From positions 1-53,757 of the IMG/VR virus record IMGVR_UViG_3300025151_000046: DNA of 53,757 nt; one strand, given 5' to 3'. The notes beneath the pieces were generated by a model. It was not told the origin of the DNA. It worked only from the letters and a program-made list of their open reading frames with translations, and did no database searches. The first letter of the stretch is position 1. Each line of letters opens with the position of its first letter. Source of the stretch: a virus (lineage: Duplodnaviria > Caudoviricetes). Below, in pieces: positions 1-9,411 of this stretch. Both the position numbers and the translations under genes were made by a program.

Positions 1-1
1 T

Positions 2-2182
2 GATTGGAAGGGGCACTTCGCACATGCTATCCCACGCAGAATGATGGGAATGTTAAATCCTCAACAATTCGATTTTAGTATGATGGCCGCAGGTATTGGT
101 ATGATTTCGGGTGATGTACATAATATGCAAGGTTTGCAAAGAAAAGGTAAAGATAAGGTTTCAAGACAAACAAGAAATTATCTTGATACTATAGTACATT
201 ATGACCCTAATGCTGAACTAGATGAGTACGGTCTTTTTACACCACCAAACGAAGTAGTTGAGACAGCAGGTCTGAAAATGGGTGCAGTAGGCGCACCAAG
301 TCCAAACAACTTTTCTATTATAGACTCCTTTGATAGTGGTGCTTGGCATGGTGGTCATGAGTGTAATCCTAATGTTGGTTGCGAGTTTGATTCGCAAGGT
401 AACATTGTGGCTGGTACTAATCCCGGCCCCGGTTTGTTCTACAGCGTACCCGAAGAGTTGCTTGACGTAGCACATGGTAAAGGAAATTGGGAGGAAACTT
501 GGAGTAAAGCACCACCTCCGCAATACACACTTCCTCCATTCCTAAGTATGAATTATGATACCTTTGAAACTCCAAATGATGTTCCTACTCGTATTGCTAT
601 GAGCGAAATGACTGAAATCATTACTTCTTTACTTGACCCCGACATCTTGTTGACGAAGAGTGATGAAGCGGCTTGGTCACCAGCAGTAAGACCTATGCAT
701 CGTATTTTCGATATGAAGGATTTAGAACATTTGAAAGGTTTCAGTGGTTCTTGGGTAGTAAGTAAGTGGTATGATGGTCAAAGAGTTATCATTGTAAAGA
801 ACAGCAATGAGGTTACGGCATACAATGAAAGCGGTAAAAAGAAAGGACTTCGTAAAGCCACCAAAGAAGCCTTAGAGAAAGTTAATGATAACAATTTCAC
901 TATAGATGCTATTCTCGGTGAAGAGGATTTGAATATCATTGATATTTTAAATTACGATGATAATAATATATCTGACATGCAATTGTATGAGAGATTGAAG
1001 ATACTACGCTCTCAATTTGAAAGTCATGAAAACGTGATAGTTCCCGGACCTCACGATACTAGAATGACAGATGATGAAGGACTTGAAGAATCGGTCAACA
1101 ATCTAAAAGAAGAGCATGACAATATTCTACTTAGAGATAACAAGTCTACCTACATGAAAGGGGAGAGAAGACATCCAAAGTGGGTGTTATATCGCAGCAG
1201 TAGGGATTACAATTTCATTGTATTAGATAGAAGAGGTAAGGGGCCATATACTTACCAACTTGGTGCAGGGCCAATAAATCACGGTGAAGAGTTAGGTAAT
1301 CGAGCGATTGAACATGATGGTCACTATTACATGGACATAGGTACGGCACACAATCAACAAAAGGTATTCAAAATTGGTGACATCGTTAGAGCATCTATTA
1401 CAGGTGTAACAAAGAAGAATAGAAAAGAGCGAGCAGTTTACAACGTGCAATTCAAAGAAATAGAAAGTGAAGGAGAAGGAGAAGGGGCAGCGAGTGTCGA
1501 ATCTCTTGATTTGCTCACAAAGTCGTTTGCACCAATTTTGATTCCTCACGATATTGAAATTGATGATAAGTATATTCAAATTATCATGAAAGATGTTGAC
1601 GTTGTAAATTATTCTTACGAGCAATTAAATGATGCATGGTACATTCATTCACCTACAAGTGCTATTGGTTCACTAAAGAAAACAGATTATCCTCTAGTAT
1701 TGGCTGAAAGTTTGTTGCCGTTTTGGTCGCCTGTAGCACCTCTTATGATTTCGGGTAACGTAAGAAAAGAGAAAACTATGGATATGCCTAAGAAACCAAC
1801 TGAAGAAAAGGTGGAAGAGCAGAGTGTTGGTATTTTAGAGGCCGATGACGAGGATATGATTGTCAAACCCGAAAGCAAAAAGAAAGCACTAGAGTTAATA
1901 GTTCGTGCATTGGATGTAATTGCTAAAGAAAAGATGACTTGGACAGGGCCAAAAGGACTTGGAATTGATGTAGGTTCGCCTCAAGAGTCACCTCGTGGCC
2001 CCACCCAACTAAGACACGAGTCTACTTTACCCGATTTCGATGGTGAAAAGAAAATTAATCATGAAAAGAAACACTCTGAAAAAGAGAGACTGAATCACAT
2101 TCAAATCAAAACAGAAGAAGGCGAGAATCTTTCTATAGACTATGACAATGACCAGCCAATCGTGTCTCAAAGCCAAAGTTAG
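2..2182 (+). CDS. Large head-module protein (5' truncated) containing a degenerate ATP-dependent DNA ligase-like nucleotidyltransferase + OB domain
   Basis: The frame is open from position 2 (DWKGHFAHAIPRR) into ORF 41..2182, so the true start probably lies outside the window. Ligase-like motifs occur in order (WVVSKWYDGQR, FTIDAIL, NIIDIL, NILLRD, YMKGERRHPKW) and are followed by an OB-like region, but the catalytic residues are substituted. Confidence 0.7.
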   Translation, partial: DWKGHFAHAIPRRMMGMLNPQQFDFSMMAAGIGMISGDVHNMQGLQRKGKDKVSRQTRNYLDTIVHYDPNAELDEYGLFTPPNEVVETAGLKMGAVGAPSPNNFSIIDSFDSGAWHGGHECNPNVGCEFDSQGNIVAGTNPGPGLFYSVPEELLDVAHGKGNWEETWSKAPPPQYTLPPFLSMNYDTFETPNDVPTRIAMSEMTEIITSLLDPDILLTKSDEAAWSPAVRPMHRIFDMKDLEHLKGFSGSWVVSKWYDGQRVIIVKNSNEVTAYNESGKKKGLRKATKEALEKVNDNNFTIDAILGEEDLNIIDILNYDDNNISDMQLYERLKILRSQFESHENVIVPGPHDTRMTDDEGLEESVNNLKEEHDNILLRDNKSTYMKGERRHPKWVLYRSSRDYNFIVLDRRGKGPYTYQLGAGPINHGEELGNRAIEHDGHYYMDIGTAHNQQKVFKIGDIVRASITGVTKKNRKERAVYNVQFKEIESEGEGEGAASVESLDLLTKSFAPILIPHDIEIDDKYIQIIMKDVDVVNYSYEQLNDAWYIHSPTSAIGSLKKTDYPLVLAESLLPFWSPVAPLMISGNVRKEKTMDMPKKPTEEKVEEQSVGILEADDEDMIVKPESKKKALELIVRALDVIAKEKMTWTGPKGLGIDVGSPQESPRGPTQLRHESTLPDFDGEKKINHEKKHSEKERLNHIQIKTEEGENLSIDYDNDQPIVSQSQS

Positions 2183-2183
2183 G

Positions 2184-2191
2184 TATAAATA
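2184..2191 (+). promoter_or_regulatory. Archaeal TATA box (TATAAATA) upstream of the prohead protease, probably a leaderless transcript
   Basis: Lies in the only gap before the protease gene, 24 nt before ATG 2216, with no SD. Resembles the boxes at 42781 and 53337. Confidence 0.6.
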
Positions 2192-2209
2192 CCATAACAG
2201 ACACTTCTT

Positions 2210-3583
2210 GTGGCAATGTTGGCAATTCAGCGACCAAATGACGGTATCGCTCTTCTCAAGAGTGGGTCCGATTTGGTAGTTGCTGGATATGCTTCTGTGG
2301 AATTGGTTGACAAGCAAGGTGACCTAATTACTCAAGGTGCTTTGAACGATGCCTTTGGTAACTTCATGAAGAGTGAGAAATTCCGCAATGTGCAACTAGC
2401 ACACTCCAACATCCAAGTAGGAGAAGTAATTGACTCCTATGTAGATAGCAACGGTAGAATGTGGAAGTCTGAAGTAGACGACACAGGAATGTTTGTTGTA
2501 GTTAAACTCCGTAATGACATCGAGAAGGCTCGTGAAGTAGCCGCAGAAATCCGCAAGGGTAACCTTCGTGGATTTTCAATTGGAGGCCAAGCATTCAAGA
2601 GAGTGCGAAGGTCTGATTTTGAAAAAGGCGACTATCAAGAGATTTCAAAAATGGAATTGCATGAGATTACTATCTGTGAAAAGGGAATTAATCCCGAAGC
2701 ACAGTTTAGAATTTTAAAGGAGGACAAAGATATGACTGATACAGATATTAGCAATATAATGGAAAGGCTTGAAAAGAGGCTTGACGAATTGGAGAAGGGT
2801 GAAATGCCACCGGGACTCAAGGAACACATGGAGGACAAGAAAGAGTCCAAAGGTGACGAGCCAAAAGAAGAAAAGAAAGATGAAGAAAAAGAGGATGATG
2901 ACAAGATGCAGTACATGAAAGGTGATGAATACAGTGACGTTATTACTTCTGAATACCTAAGTTGGATGGAAGGTACACTAAAGTCTGCTGGTATTGATAC
3001 AGAAGCAGCAAGACTACACTTCGACAACTTGGAAAAGGCACAACTTGGTGGATTCGACAATCCCGATGCAGTTGACGGTGCTGACTACTTCGCTGGTCAA
3101 GTCCGTGGCCGTGGACAGGAAAACGGCTCTCCATCTACAGGTGCAATCAACGCAATCACTGCAAGCGGCGGTAAAACACCAGCCGGTGCAATGGGAGCAG
3201 CATCTTTGGCTAAGGGTTACCTAAACCACGGAAATGTTTCCGAGGCTGACATTGAGGCTGCATACGAAGTTTACAAGGCAGCAGCACAAGAGCAACACTT
3301 CCGCAATGACCTTGAAGGTCACTTTGCAAACAGATTCAACAGAGAAGTTGAAATCGCAAAGTCACAGCAAGAAAAGGCCGCATTCGATGCAAGAGGCCCA
3401 CTATCCGAGATTATGAAATCTCTTGAGGCTCTAAACGAGCGAATTGACAACATCGGCACAGGCGGAGTAGCAATACAGAAGTCTGATGTTTCAAACATTG
3501 AAGTTCCTTCTACGCAGGATTTGGCAAACATGGGATGGGATGAAGTCCACGCCCTTGCTTCAAGAACCATGAGGGGAGAATAA
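2210..3583 (+). CDS. HK97-type prohead protease fused to a C-terminal scaffold region
   Basis: Motifs GYASVELVDKQGDLI, catalytic-type LAH, GFSIGG and LHEITICEKGINPEA, followed by an acidic/coiled-coil tail. Directly upstream of the MCP. The start may be ATG 2216. Confidence 0.9.
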   Translation: MAMLAIQRPNDGIALLKSGSDLVVAGYASVELVDKQGDLITQGALNDAFGNFMKSEKFRNVQLAHSNIQVGEVIDSYVDSNGRMWKSEVDDTGMFVVVKLRNDIEKAREVAAEIRKGNLRGFSIGGQAFKRVRRSDFEKGDYQEISKMELHEITICEKGINPEAQFRILKEDKDMTDTDISNIMERLEKRLDELEKGEMPPGLKEHMEDKKESKGDEPKEEKKDEEKEDDDKMQYMKGDEYSDVITSEYLSWMEGTLKSAGIDTEAARLHFDNLEKAQLGGFDNPDAVDGADYFAGQVRGRGQENGSPSTGAINAITASGGKTPAGAMGAASLAKGYLNHGNVSEADIEAAYEVYKAAAQEQHFRNDLEGHFANRFNREVEIAKSQQEKAAFDARGPLSEIMKSLEALNERIDNIGTGGVAIQKSDVSNIEVPSTQDLANMGWDEVHALASRTMRGE

Positions 3584-3605
3584 GTAAGACTAAGGAGATG
3601 AGAAT

Positions 3606-4706
3606 ATGGCAAGAGATTATATCAGAAACATTCACGACATGGAACGCTACTACTACGGTGCGGGTAACGCTATGGGTTACTCCTACTCCGGTAGCGAGTT
3701 GTTAAAGGCAGATGCGCCAATGTTAAGCACAACTGCTGGTACATACCAAGCGATTTATGGTCGTAAAGTATGGTCACAGTTGAACCAAGAATTCAATGCA
3801 TTTAGCATTCTACCAAAGAGGCCGTGGGAGAGAAGCGGTTGGAGAGTTATCACAGGTCGCCCATCGTTTAGCGTTGGTGGCGGTGTAGCAGAAAACGCTA
3901 CTCTACCGGACACAACCAAGCCAACCTTCCAAAACATTGCAGCAAAGCCAAAGACAATCGTACACACATTCGACATGTCTGAGACAGCAATGTTCCTTGC
4001 AGACAAGGATGACGGACTTGGTGACATTCGCTCTATCATGAAAGAAGAGATGGGTAAGCACCACGCAGAACACATCAACAAGATGCTAACCACTGACAAG
4101 GCAACTGTTGCTGGAAACGACTTTGAGTCACTTGACAGAATCACCACCGGTGCTTCCGCAGGTACCGCTGAAGACATTTACTCCATTGACCGAAGTGCAA
4201 ACTCATGGTCATTGGCAGAACACAATGAGAACAGTGGAACTGACAGAGTTCTATCACTAGACCACCTAGACGACCTATTCCAAAAGATTTGGACTCGTGG
4301 TGGTAATCCAAAGGTTATCCTAACAGGATATGACACTTTGATGAGACTACAGCAACTTCTACAGAGCCAACAGAGGTTCATGGAAGAGAAGAGAGTCACA
4401 CCTACCTACAACGGTGTTAAGGGTGTACCGGGTATTGAGGCTGGATTTATCGTAGCAACTTACAACGGTGTACCAATTATCCCTTCCAAAGATGTACAGC
4501 CCGACACACTGAGCAGAATGTACTTCCTTGATACTGACTACGTTTACTTCAGTACAGCAATTCCAACACAATACTTTGAGTCCGGTATCGAGACAGGCGA
4601 CCCATTCGCTATCAACAGACTAGGACAAGAAGGTATGTACCGCACAATGGGAGAGTTATGGACTACTTTCTTCGGAGGACATGGTTCTATCCGTGACCTA
4701 AAGTGA
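3606..4706 (+). CDS. Major capsid protein (HK97 fold)
   Basis: 366 aa directly after the protease, with a strong SD (AAGGAG). Has an HK97-type P-domain-like ATYNGVPII segment and C-ending codon bias typical of a highly expressed gene. Confidence 0.85.
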   Translation: MARDYIRNIHDMERYYYGAGNAMGYSYSGSELLKADAPMLSTTAGTYQAIYGRKVWSQLNQEFNAFSILPKRPWERSGWRVITGRPSFSVGGGVAENATLPDTTKPTFQNIAAKPKTIVHTFDMSETAMFLADKDDGLGDIRSIMKEEMGKHHAEHINKMLTTDKATVAGNDFESLDRITTGASAGTAEDIYSIDRSANSWSLAEHNENSGTDRVLSLDHLDDLFQKIWTRGGNPKVILTGYDTLMRLQQLLQSQQRFMEEKRVTPTYNGVKGVPGIEAGFIVATYNGVPIIPSKDVQPDTLSRMYFLDTDYVYFSTAIPTQYFESGIETGDPFAINRLGQEGMYRTMGELWTTFFGGHGSIRDLK

Positions 4707-4738
4707 GGTTGTTTGGAGATTATTAAGGAGATGAAATT

Positions 4739-5203
4739 ATGGCAACAGAAACAGCAACTAATAAGGGCTTGACAATATCATTTGATGATGCAGATTTTAG
4801 CACAGGAACAGTCTCGGTTCTTTTAGACCTTGACTTAAGAACAGGAACCCCTGTAGATGAAACAGGTTGGTTGAGTGGCAACGCAGGTGGTTCATACCCC
4901 GGTTCCCTCACAGGTTTTAACGCAGCAAACACTGATGGAAATGCAGTAGGTAGTATGAGATTGGTACAAATTGCATTCACATTGGCTGATGCTGCTGAAC
5001 AAGTATTGGTTCTAACCGCAGGTGCTTCAAAGATTATTGGTATTCTCGGTACCACCTTCGCAGTGGCCGATAAGACTCTATCCGCTACCTTCACTAACAC
5101 AGGACTTGCACCTGCTGCTAAGACAGGTGGCTCAGACCCATCAATCGTCCTTCACGGAGAAGCGGCTGGCGCAGGTACCGTAACATGCGTATTGCTTAAC
5201 TGA
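4739..5203 (+). CDS. Putative capsid decoration/minor head protein
   Basis: Gly/Ala/Thr-rich, beta-prone 154 aa immediately after the MCP, with SD AAGGAG. Confidence 0.5.
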   Translation: MATETATNKGLTISFDDADFSTGTVSVLLDLDLRTGTPVDETGWLSGNAGGSYPGSLTGFNAANTDGNAVGSMRLVQIAFTLADAAEQVLVLTAGASKIIGILGTTFAVADKTLSATFTNTGLAPAAKTGGSDPSIVLHGEAAGAGTVTCVLLN

Positions 5204-5213
5204 AGGTGATTAA

Positions 5214-5549
5214 GTGCCTATTGTAACCTTTCTTGGCCCTTTTTACGAAAGGCGAAGAGCAGACACCATTGGTCCGTGGTTAAGGGGTCAAGCGGTTGAA
5301 GTATCTCAAGATTGGTTAGACGAGTGGAGACACACCCTTCCCTCATCACGCTTTTTAATCGAAGGTGATGAGGGGGGTGAATCCCTAGATGACGGTGATG
5401 GTATTCCCGACCCCGGTTGGAGTCGAAAAGACATTCTACAATGGCTTGATGATAACAACATAGATATAGGCAGTGGATATGTCACTAAAACTAAGGCACT
5501 AGCACTTGTAGAAGGGCACCTAAATCCAACAGAAGAAGGAGTTGAATAA
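5214..5549 (+). CDS. Small head-module protein with a C-terminal HeH/LEM-like motif
   Basis: GTG start after GAAGGTGA. The C-terminal WSRKDILQWLDDNNID...TKTKALALV resembles a helix-extension-helix. Confidence 0.5.
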   Translation: MPIVTFLGPFYERRRADTIGPWLRGQAVEVSQDWLDEWRHTLPSSRFLIEGDEGGESLDDGDGIPDPGWSRKDILQWLDDNNIDIGSGYVTKTKALALVEGHLNPTEEGVE

Positions 5550-5551
5550 TT

Positions 5552-5899
5552 ATGGCAGTAACAATAGACGAAAGACCGACATATTTCGGTGACAGAATGA
5601 TAGTAACAGGAACTTACGAGGCAGGTGACTCAGCAATAGATTTGTCTAGCCTACTTGTAAGTATTGATTTTGCGGGTATTAACCCGTCGGGCGTACACGC
5701 TTACGAAGCAATTGGAGATACAGGTGGCGGAAGCGGTGGAACTCAAAATGTAAACTTCGCTCCTAAAGCAAGAATTGATGGCACTACTATACGCATTGGT
5801 TCTGCTGTCGGTGATATATCCGACCCCGATGCTACTGATACAGGATTGATAGCAGTAGGAGAAGCAGGTACATTCTTAGCAATTGGTCGCCGTTCTTGA
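5552..5899 (+). CDS. Hypothetical virion structural protein
   Basis: SD GAAGGAG; beta-rich composition; operon context. Confidence 0.55.
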   Translation: MAVTIDERPTYFGDRMIVTGTYEAGDSAIDLSSLLVSIDFAGINPSGVHAYEAIGDTGGGSGGTQNVNFAPKARIDGTTIRIGSAVGDISDPDATDTGLIAVGEAGTFLAIGRRS

Positions 5900-5910
5900 G
5901 GTGACGACTA

Positions 5911-6114
5911 ATGGCAAGTTTGTCCAAAGTAGGTTCTAAGGTAGTTGGACCGCTATCTCCAAAAGAGTTTAGTGATGCTTCTACTTTGCAGACAACCATC
6001 AATACGGCTATACAAGCAGTATCAGATGCAAGCGCAACTAACGCAATTCTAGGCACTGAATGTATCACTGTTCTCGGTAACACGTTCATCGTAGTTTTAT
6101 ACCAACTCGCTTGA
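5911..6114 (+). CDS. Small hypothetical structural protein
   Basis: SD GAGGTGA; fills the gap in the operon. Confidence 0.55.
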   Translation: MASLSKVGSKVVGPLSPKEFSDASTLQTTINTAIQAVSDASATNAILGTECITVLGNTFIVVLYQLA

Positions 6115-6115
6115 G

Positions 6116-6424
6116 GTGAGTGGTGTGGGGTTTGATGTTAGAAGCATTGACTTATCGGACATAATGCGTGGCTCAAAGCAAGGCACTAAGTCCGATTTGA
6201 GTTACAATAGTAGCGCAGTTACTAATTCTGACAAACCGTTAGCCGGTGTAACTAGCGCACAGCGCAGACGCAATCGTGATATAGGCGATGTATTAAACAT
6301 CGGTGCGGGTACAAGATGCACACACTGTGGTTTCCTACATTTCTTATGGAGAGAAACCTGTGGTGCTTGTGACAAACCTATGGAATACAACTTGGGACAC
6401 AGAGATGAAAAGAAAAGGATGTGA
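6116..6424 (+). CDS. Zn-ribbon protein
   Basis: CTHC-x9-CGAC. The start is probably GTG 6125, after GAGGTGA. Confidence 0.6.
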   Translation: MSGVGFDVRSIDLSDIMRGSKQGTKSDLSYNSSAVTNSDKPLAGVTSAQRRRNRDIGDVLNIGAGTRCTHCGFLHFLWRETCGACDKPMEYNLGHRDEKKRM

Positions 6425-6990
6425 TGTCTATGAATAAAATACTGATTAAAGCAATTAGACCACATAGACAGAAGATTCTAACTCAAGAGGGTGATGAAAA
6501 GCGATTGCAACAATGGGCTAATCAAAAAGCAGCCGAGCAATTGAGAGGGGCTGGTGGAGATGCTTCGGGAGAGCAGTTTACACAAGCAAGGGATGCACTC
6601 ATGCGAGAGGCGGTAATGAGTCCCGAAAAACATGGACTAAAATTCATGGCCGAAAGAGTACCGTTTGAAGGTCAAGAGTTGACTTCTGACTTAACTGAGG
6701 CTGACCCCGAAGGTGAGGCTACTGCAATTGACAGTCAATTTGCACCCGAAGAAGATGAAGAGTTTTTTGAGGCTAATAATACTGTAAGGGATAACAGTGA
6801 TTATCACAGTAAATTATTCGATGAAAAGGGTAATCTTCGTACAACTTTGAAGCCCGATGAAGAAGAAGAGGCTGAGAATACTAAAACAGAAAGGCAACAT
6901 GTACCTATGGATGCTGACCATCCCGATTATTTCAAAAGTTCAAGAAGAGTAGCGTTTAGTGATGCTTGGAGTTTGTTGAAGTCACAGTGA
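6421..6990 (+). CDS. Acidic hypothetical protein with a C-terminal FSDAWSLLKS motif (putative internal head protein)
   Basis: GTGA overlap with the upstream gene; highly acidic; the terminal motif is shared with the N-terminus of 32556..33062. Confidence 0.6.
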   Translation: MMSMNKILIKAIRPHRQKILTQEGDEKRLQQWANQKAAEQLRGAGGDASGEQFTQARDALMREAVMSPEKHGLKFMAERVPFEGQELTSDLTEADPEGEATAIDSQFAPEEDEEFFEANNTVRDNSDYHSKLFDEKGNLRTTLKPDEEEEAENTKTERQHVPMDADHPDYFKSSRRVAFSDAWSLLKSQ

Positions 6991-7003
6991 GGGGGTGTAA
7001 AGT

Positions 7004-8584
7004 GTGCCAATGGTATTCAGTCCCGGTGAGCCGGAAACAAGGCCACTTTACCCCGAAGAAGTAGTGTACACTACAGCCCAAAAAGTAGCAGACCTGCTTG
7101 AAATTAGCGCACAAGATGCTATACTAATGAGTGCTGACGCTGACAGTGATGCTATCTACATTACAGGAAATGAGTATCGAGATGTAGGGTTTAGCGTAGG
7201 AGATAAACTTCGTATATACAGTGACGCTGACCCATTCGGTCACGATGATTTAGAAGTCACCGCTGTAGGGCGAGGGGCTGGTGACAAAAGCGGTCACGTT
7301 AAGATTACAGTTAGCGGTGCCACTATCACTACTACAGATTTTGAAGTTGCGGATAATGGGTATGTACAGAACAAAGCATCGTTTACTAACGGCAGAACTC
7401 GTGGTCTAACTAAGGCTAAGGTAGACCATGTGATTCTGAAGATGCAAGACCGTATAGACAATATGACTCGCAACGCTTGGCGACCTTATCTTGTAAGTGC
7501 TGAGTACATTAACTTCGATACATACAAGCCATACAGAAGGCGATACTATACTGACTATGTAGGTACAAGCCCACTTCTATTCCGTAATGTACAGCAGATG
7601 CTTCGCATAGAACTATGGCAGGGTGACGATTATCGTGAGATATGCGGTGCTGAAGTCAGAATTAAGTTTGATGATGTATCTAACTTAGCCTCTTCAGCAA
7701 TATATTTGTCACCCGGTAACGGTAGTGTTGCTACATTAGCACAGGGCACAGGCACTAATCAATGGAGAGATGATTTCGATGCAACTACTGTCGCTCAAAA
7801 CTTTGCAGACCTAATTAACAAAGAGGATAGAGTAGGAAAAACAGCAGCCGAGTTTGCACCTGCATTTACATTGGAAGGCTCAACTTCTAATGTGGCAGTG
7901 AATAATGAGTTCTTAGCATCAGCAAACGCAGATTATGGCACAGGTATTGTAAAACTGACATCTATGAGAGCAGTAAAAGCCGGTGAAGTTTGTAGTATTG
8001 TAAGTACATCTTCTGATATTGCCATAAGTCAAGGGCAAGATAACAGTACCACATTTACGAGTCTTGATTCTACAACTATCAATGTAGCATCTACTACAGG
8101 GTTTGCAAACGCTGGTGTGGCTATAGACACAAGCGGTGATGTTTTCCGTTATACAGGTAAAACTGCTACATCGTTTACAGGGTGTGTAGCAGTAACAGGT
8201 AGTTTAGGTGCTATTACAGGGACTATCACGCAAACTACTTTCTTAGTAGATTTACAGGGTGGCTCGTCAAGCGGTGACAATGCAAGACTTCGTGATTGGT
8301 GGCTCGACCACGAAATGGGTATTGTGTACTTCAATAACTCATATCCATTCTTTGAGTGGAATGCAATCAAAGTAGCGTATATTTATGGTGAAAGATATGT
8401 TGAGAAAGCAATTGAAGACATATGTACAAAGATGGTAGCAATTGAATTACTAATGTCTGATGATAGAAGTGTACTGATTCCCGAAGGTACACAGAACATT
8501 GACCTTGCAAGTAAGGTACAGTTATATCAAGCAGAAATAGATAGAACACTACCAAAGTATGTTGAGTTGGTGGTGTTTGAATAA
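7004..8584 (+). CDS. Head-tail adaptor/connector with inserted beta domains
   Basis: N-terminal YTTAQKVADLL and C-terminal IKVAYIYG...AIEDICTKMVAIELL helices are typical of gp6/gp15-like adaptors. Position is between the head and tail genes. Confidence 0.6.
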   Translation: MPMVFSPGEPETRPLYPEEVVYTTAQKVADLLEISAQDAILMSADADSDAIYITGNEYRDVGFSVGDKLRIYSDADPFGHDDLEVTAVGRGAGDKSGHVKITVSGATITTTDFEVADNGYVQNKASFTNGRTRGLTKAKVDHVILKMQDRIDNMTRNAWRPYLVSAEYINFDTYKPYRRRYYTDYVGTSPLLFRNVQQMLRIELWQGDDYREICGAEVRIKFDDVSNLASSAIYLSPGNGSVATLAQGTGTNQWRDDFDATTVAQNFADLINKEDRVGKTAAEFAPAFTLEGSTSNVAVNNEFLASANADYGTGIVKLTSMRAVKAGEVCSIVSTSSDIAISQGQDNSTTFTSLDSTTINVASTTGFANAGVAIDTSGDVFRYTGKTATSFTGCVAVTGSLGAITGTITQTTFLVDLQGGSSSGDNARLRDWWLDHEMGIVYFNNSYPFFEWNAIKVAYIYGERYVEKAIEDICTKMVAIELLMSDDRSVLIPEGTQNIDLASKVQLYQAEIDRTLPKYVELVVFE

Positions 8585-8949
8585 TGGATGAACGTGACTT
8601 CAAAAAACAGGGTGAAGATTTTCATTTTAGAATACAAGAAGAACTTTTCAAGAAAGACAAGAAAATGCAAGAGCAATTTTACCAGCATTTTACTACCTCA
8701 CCTGCTTATTTCCGTGAGCGCATGATGATGATTGAGGCTGGTGCTATGGGGTACAACATTCAAGATGGTTATCCTATCAAAAACGATACCGGTAAACCTG
8801 CTACTGAGCAACAATTAAATTCCATAAACAAAGCGGTAGATAGGGCTATGCTAAGGTCTAATCCCGATTTTGAAAAATTTAACATGAAATACGAAAACGG
8901 TTTCTTTGTACCCATAAGTTACAAGAAATTACTTGAGAAGGAGGGTTGA
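8584..8949 (+). CDS. Hypothetical protein (neck region)
   Basis: TAATG overlap with the upstream gene; operon context. Confidence 0.55.
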   Translation: MDERDFKKQGEDFHFRIQEELFKKDKKMQEQFYQHFTTSPAYFRERMMMIEAGAMGYNIQDGYPIKNDTGKPATEQQLNSINKAVDRAMLRSNPDFEKFNMKYENGFFVPISYKKLLEKEG

Positions 8950-8951
8950 AT

Positions 8952-9401
8952 GTGGTAGCAACTTGGACTGAAGGACTTGATGCTGTAATTGCATTGTTCA
9001 AAGATAATTGGAACAGAGCAAACACTAGCAACTATCGCCCTGTAGTCATTGATATTGCAGACACTACAGCCGAACATGGTAAGCGTCTTGACTTACAAAA
9101 ACACGATTACGTTCTATGTTATGAGACAGCGCATAACGAAGAAGCACCGGAGTTGTTCTACGATTTCGTTACGACACGCATAAATATAACTGTTGATGTG
9201 AGAACTACAAAGGGGCGAAAGCATTTACAGGCTCTTGAGAATGAAGTACGGAGGTTGATACATACAAAGCGAAAAGGCGACGGCACCAATTTTGACCGAT
9301 TAGTATTCAAAACCCGGACAGATTTGAGTGACCGAAGCAAAATTTTGTTTCGTATGACCTTCCAAGTAGAAGTAGTAATACTTGCGGAATTAATACCATA
9401 G
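8952..9401 (+). CDS. Putative tail terminator/completion protein
   Basis: About 150 aa with an alpha/beta pattern (INITVDVRT...ALENEVRRLI), immediately before the tail tube. GTG 8952 follows GGAGGG. Confidence 0.55.
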   Translation: MVATWTEGLDAVIALFKDNWNRANTSNYRPVVIDIADTTAEHGKRLDLQKHDYVLCYETAHNEEAPELFYDFVTTRINITVDVRTTKGRKHLQALENEVRRLIHTKRKGDGTNFDRLVFKTRTDLSDRSKILFRMTFQVEVVILAELIP

Positions 9402-9411
9402 GTGAATAAAT

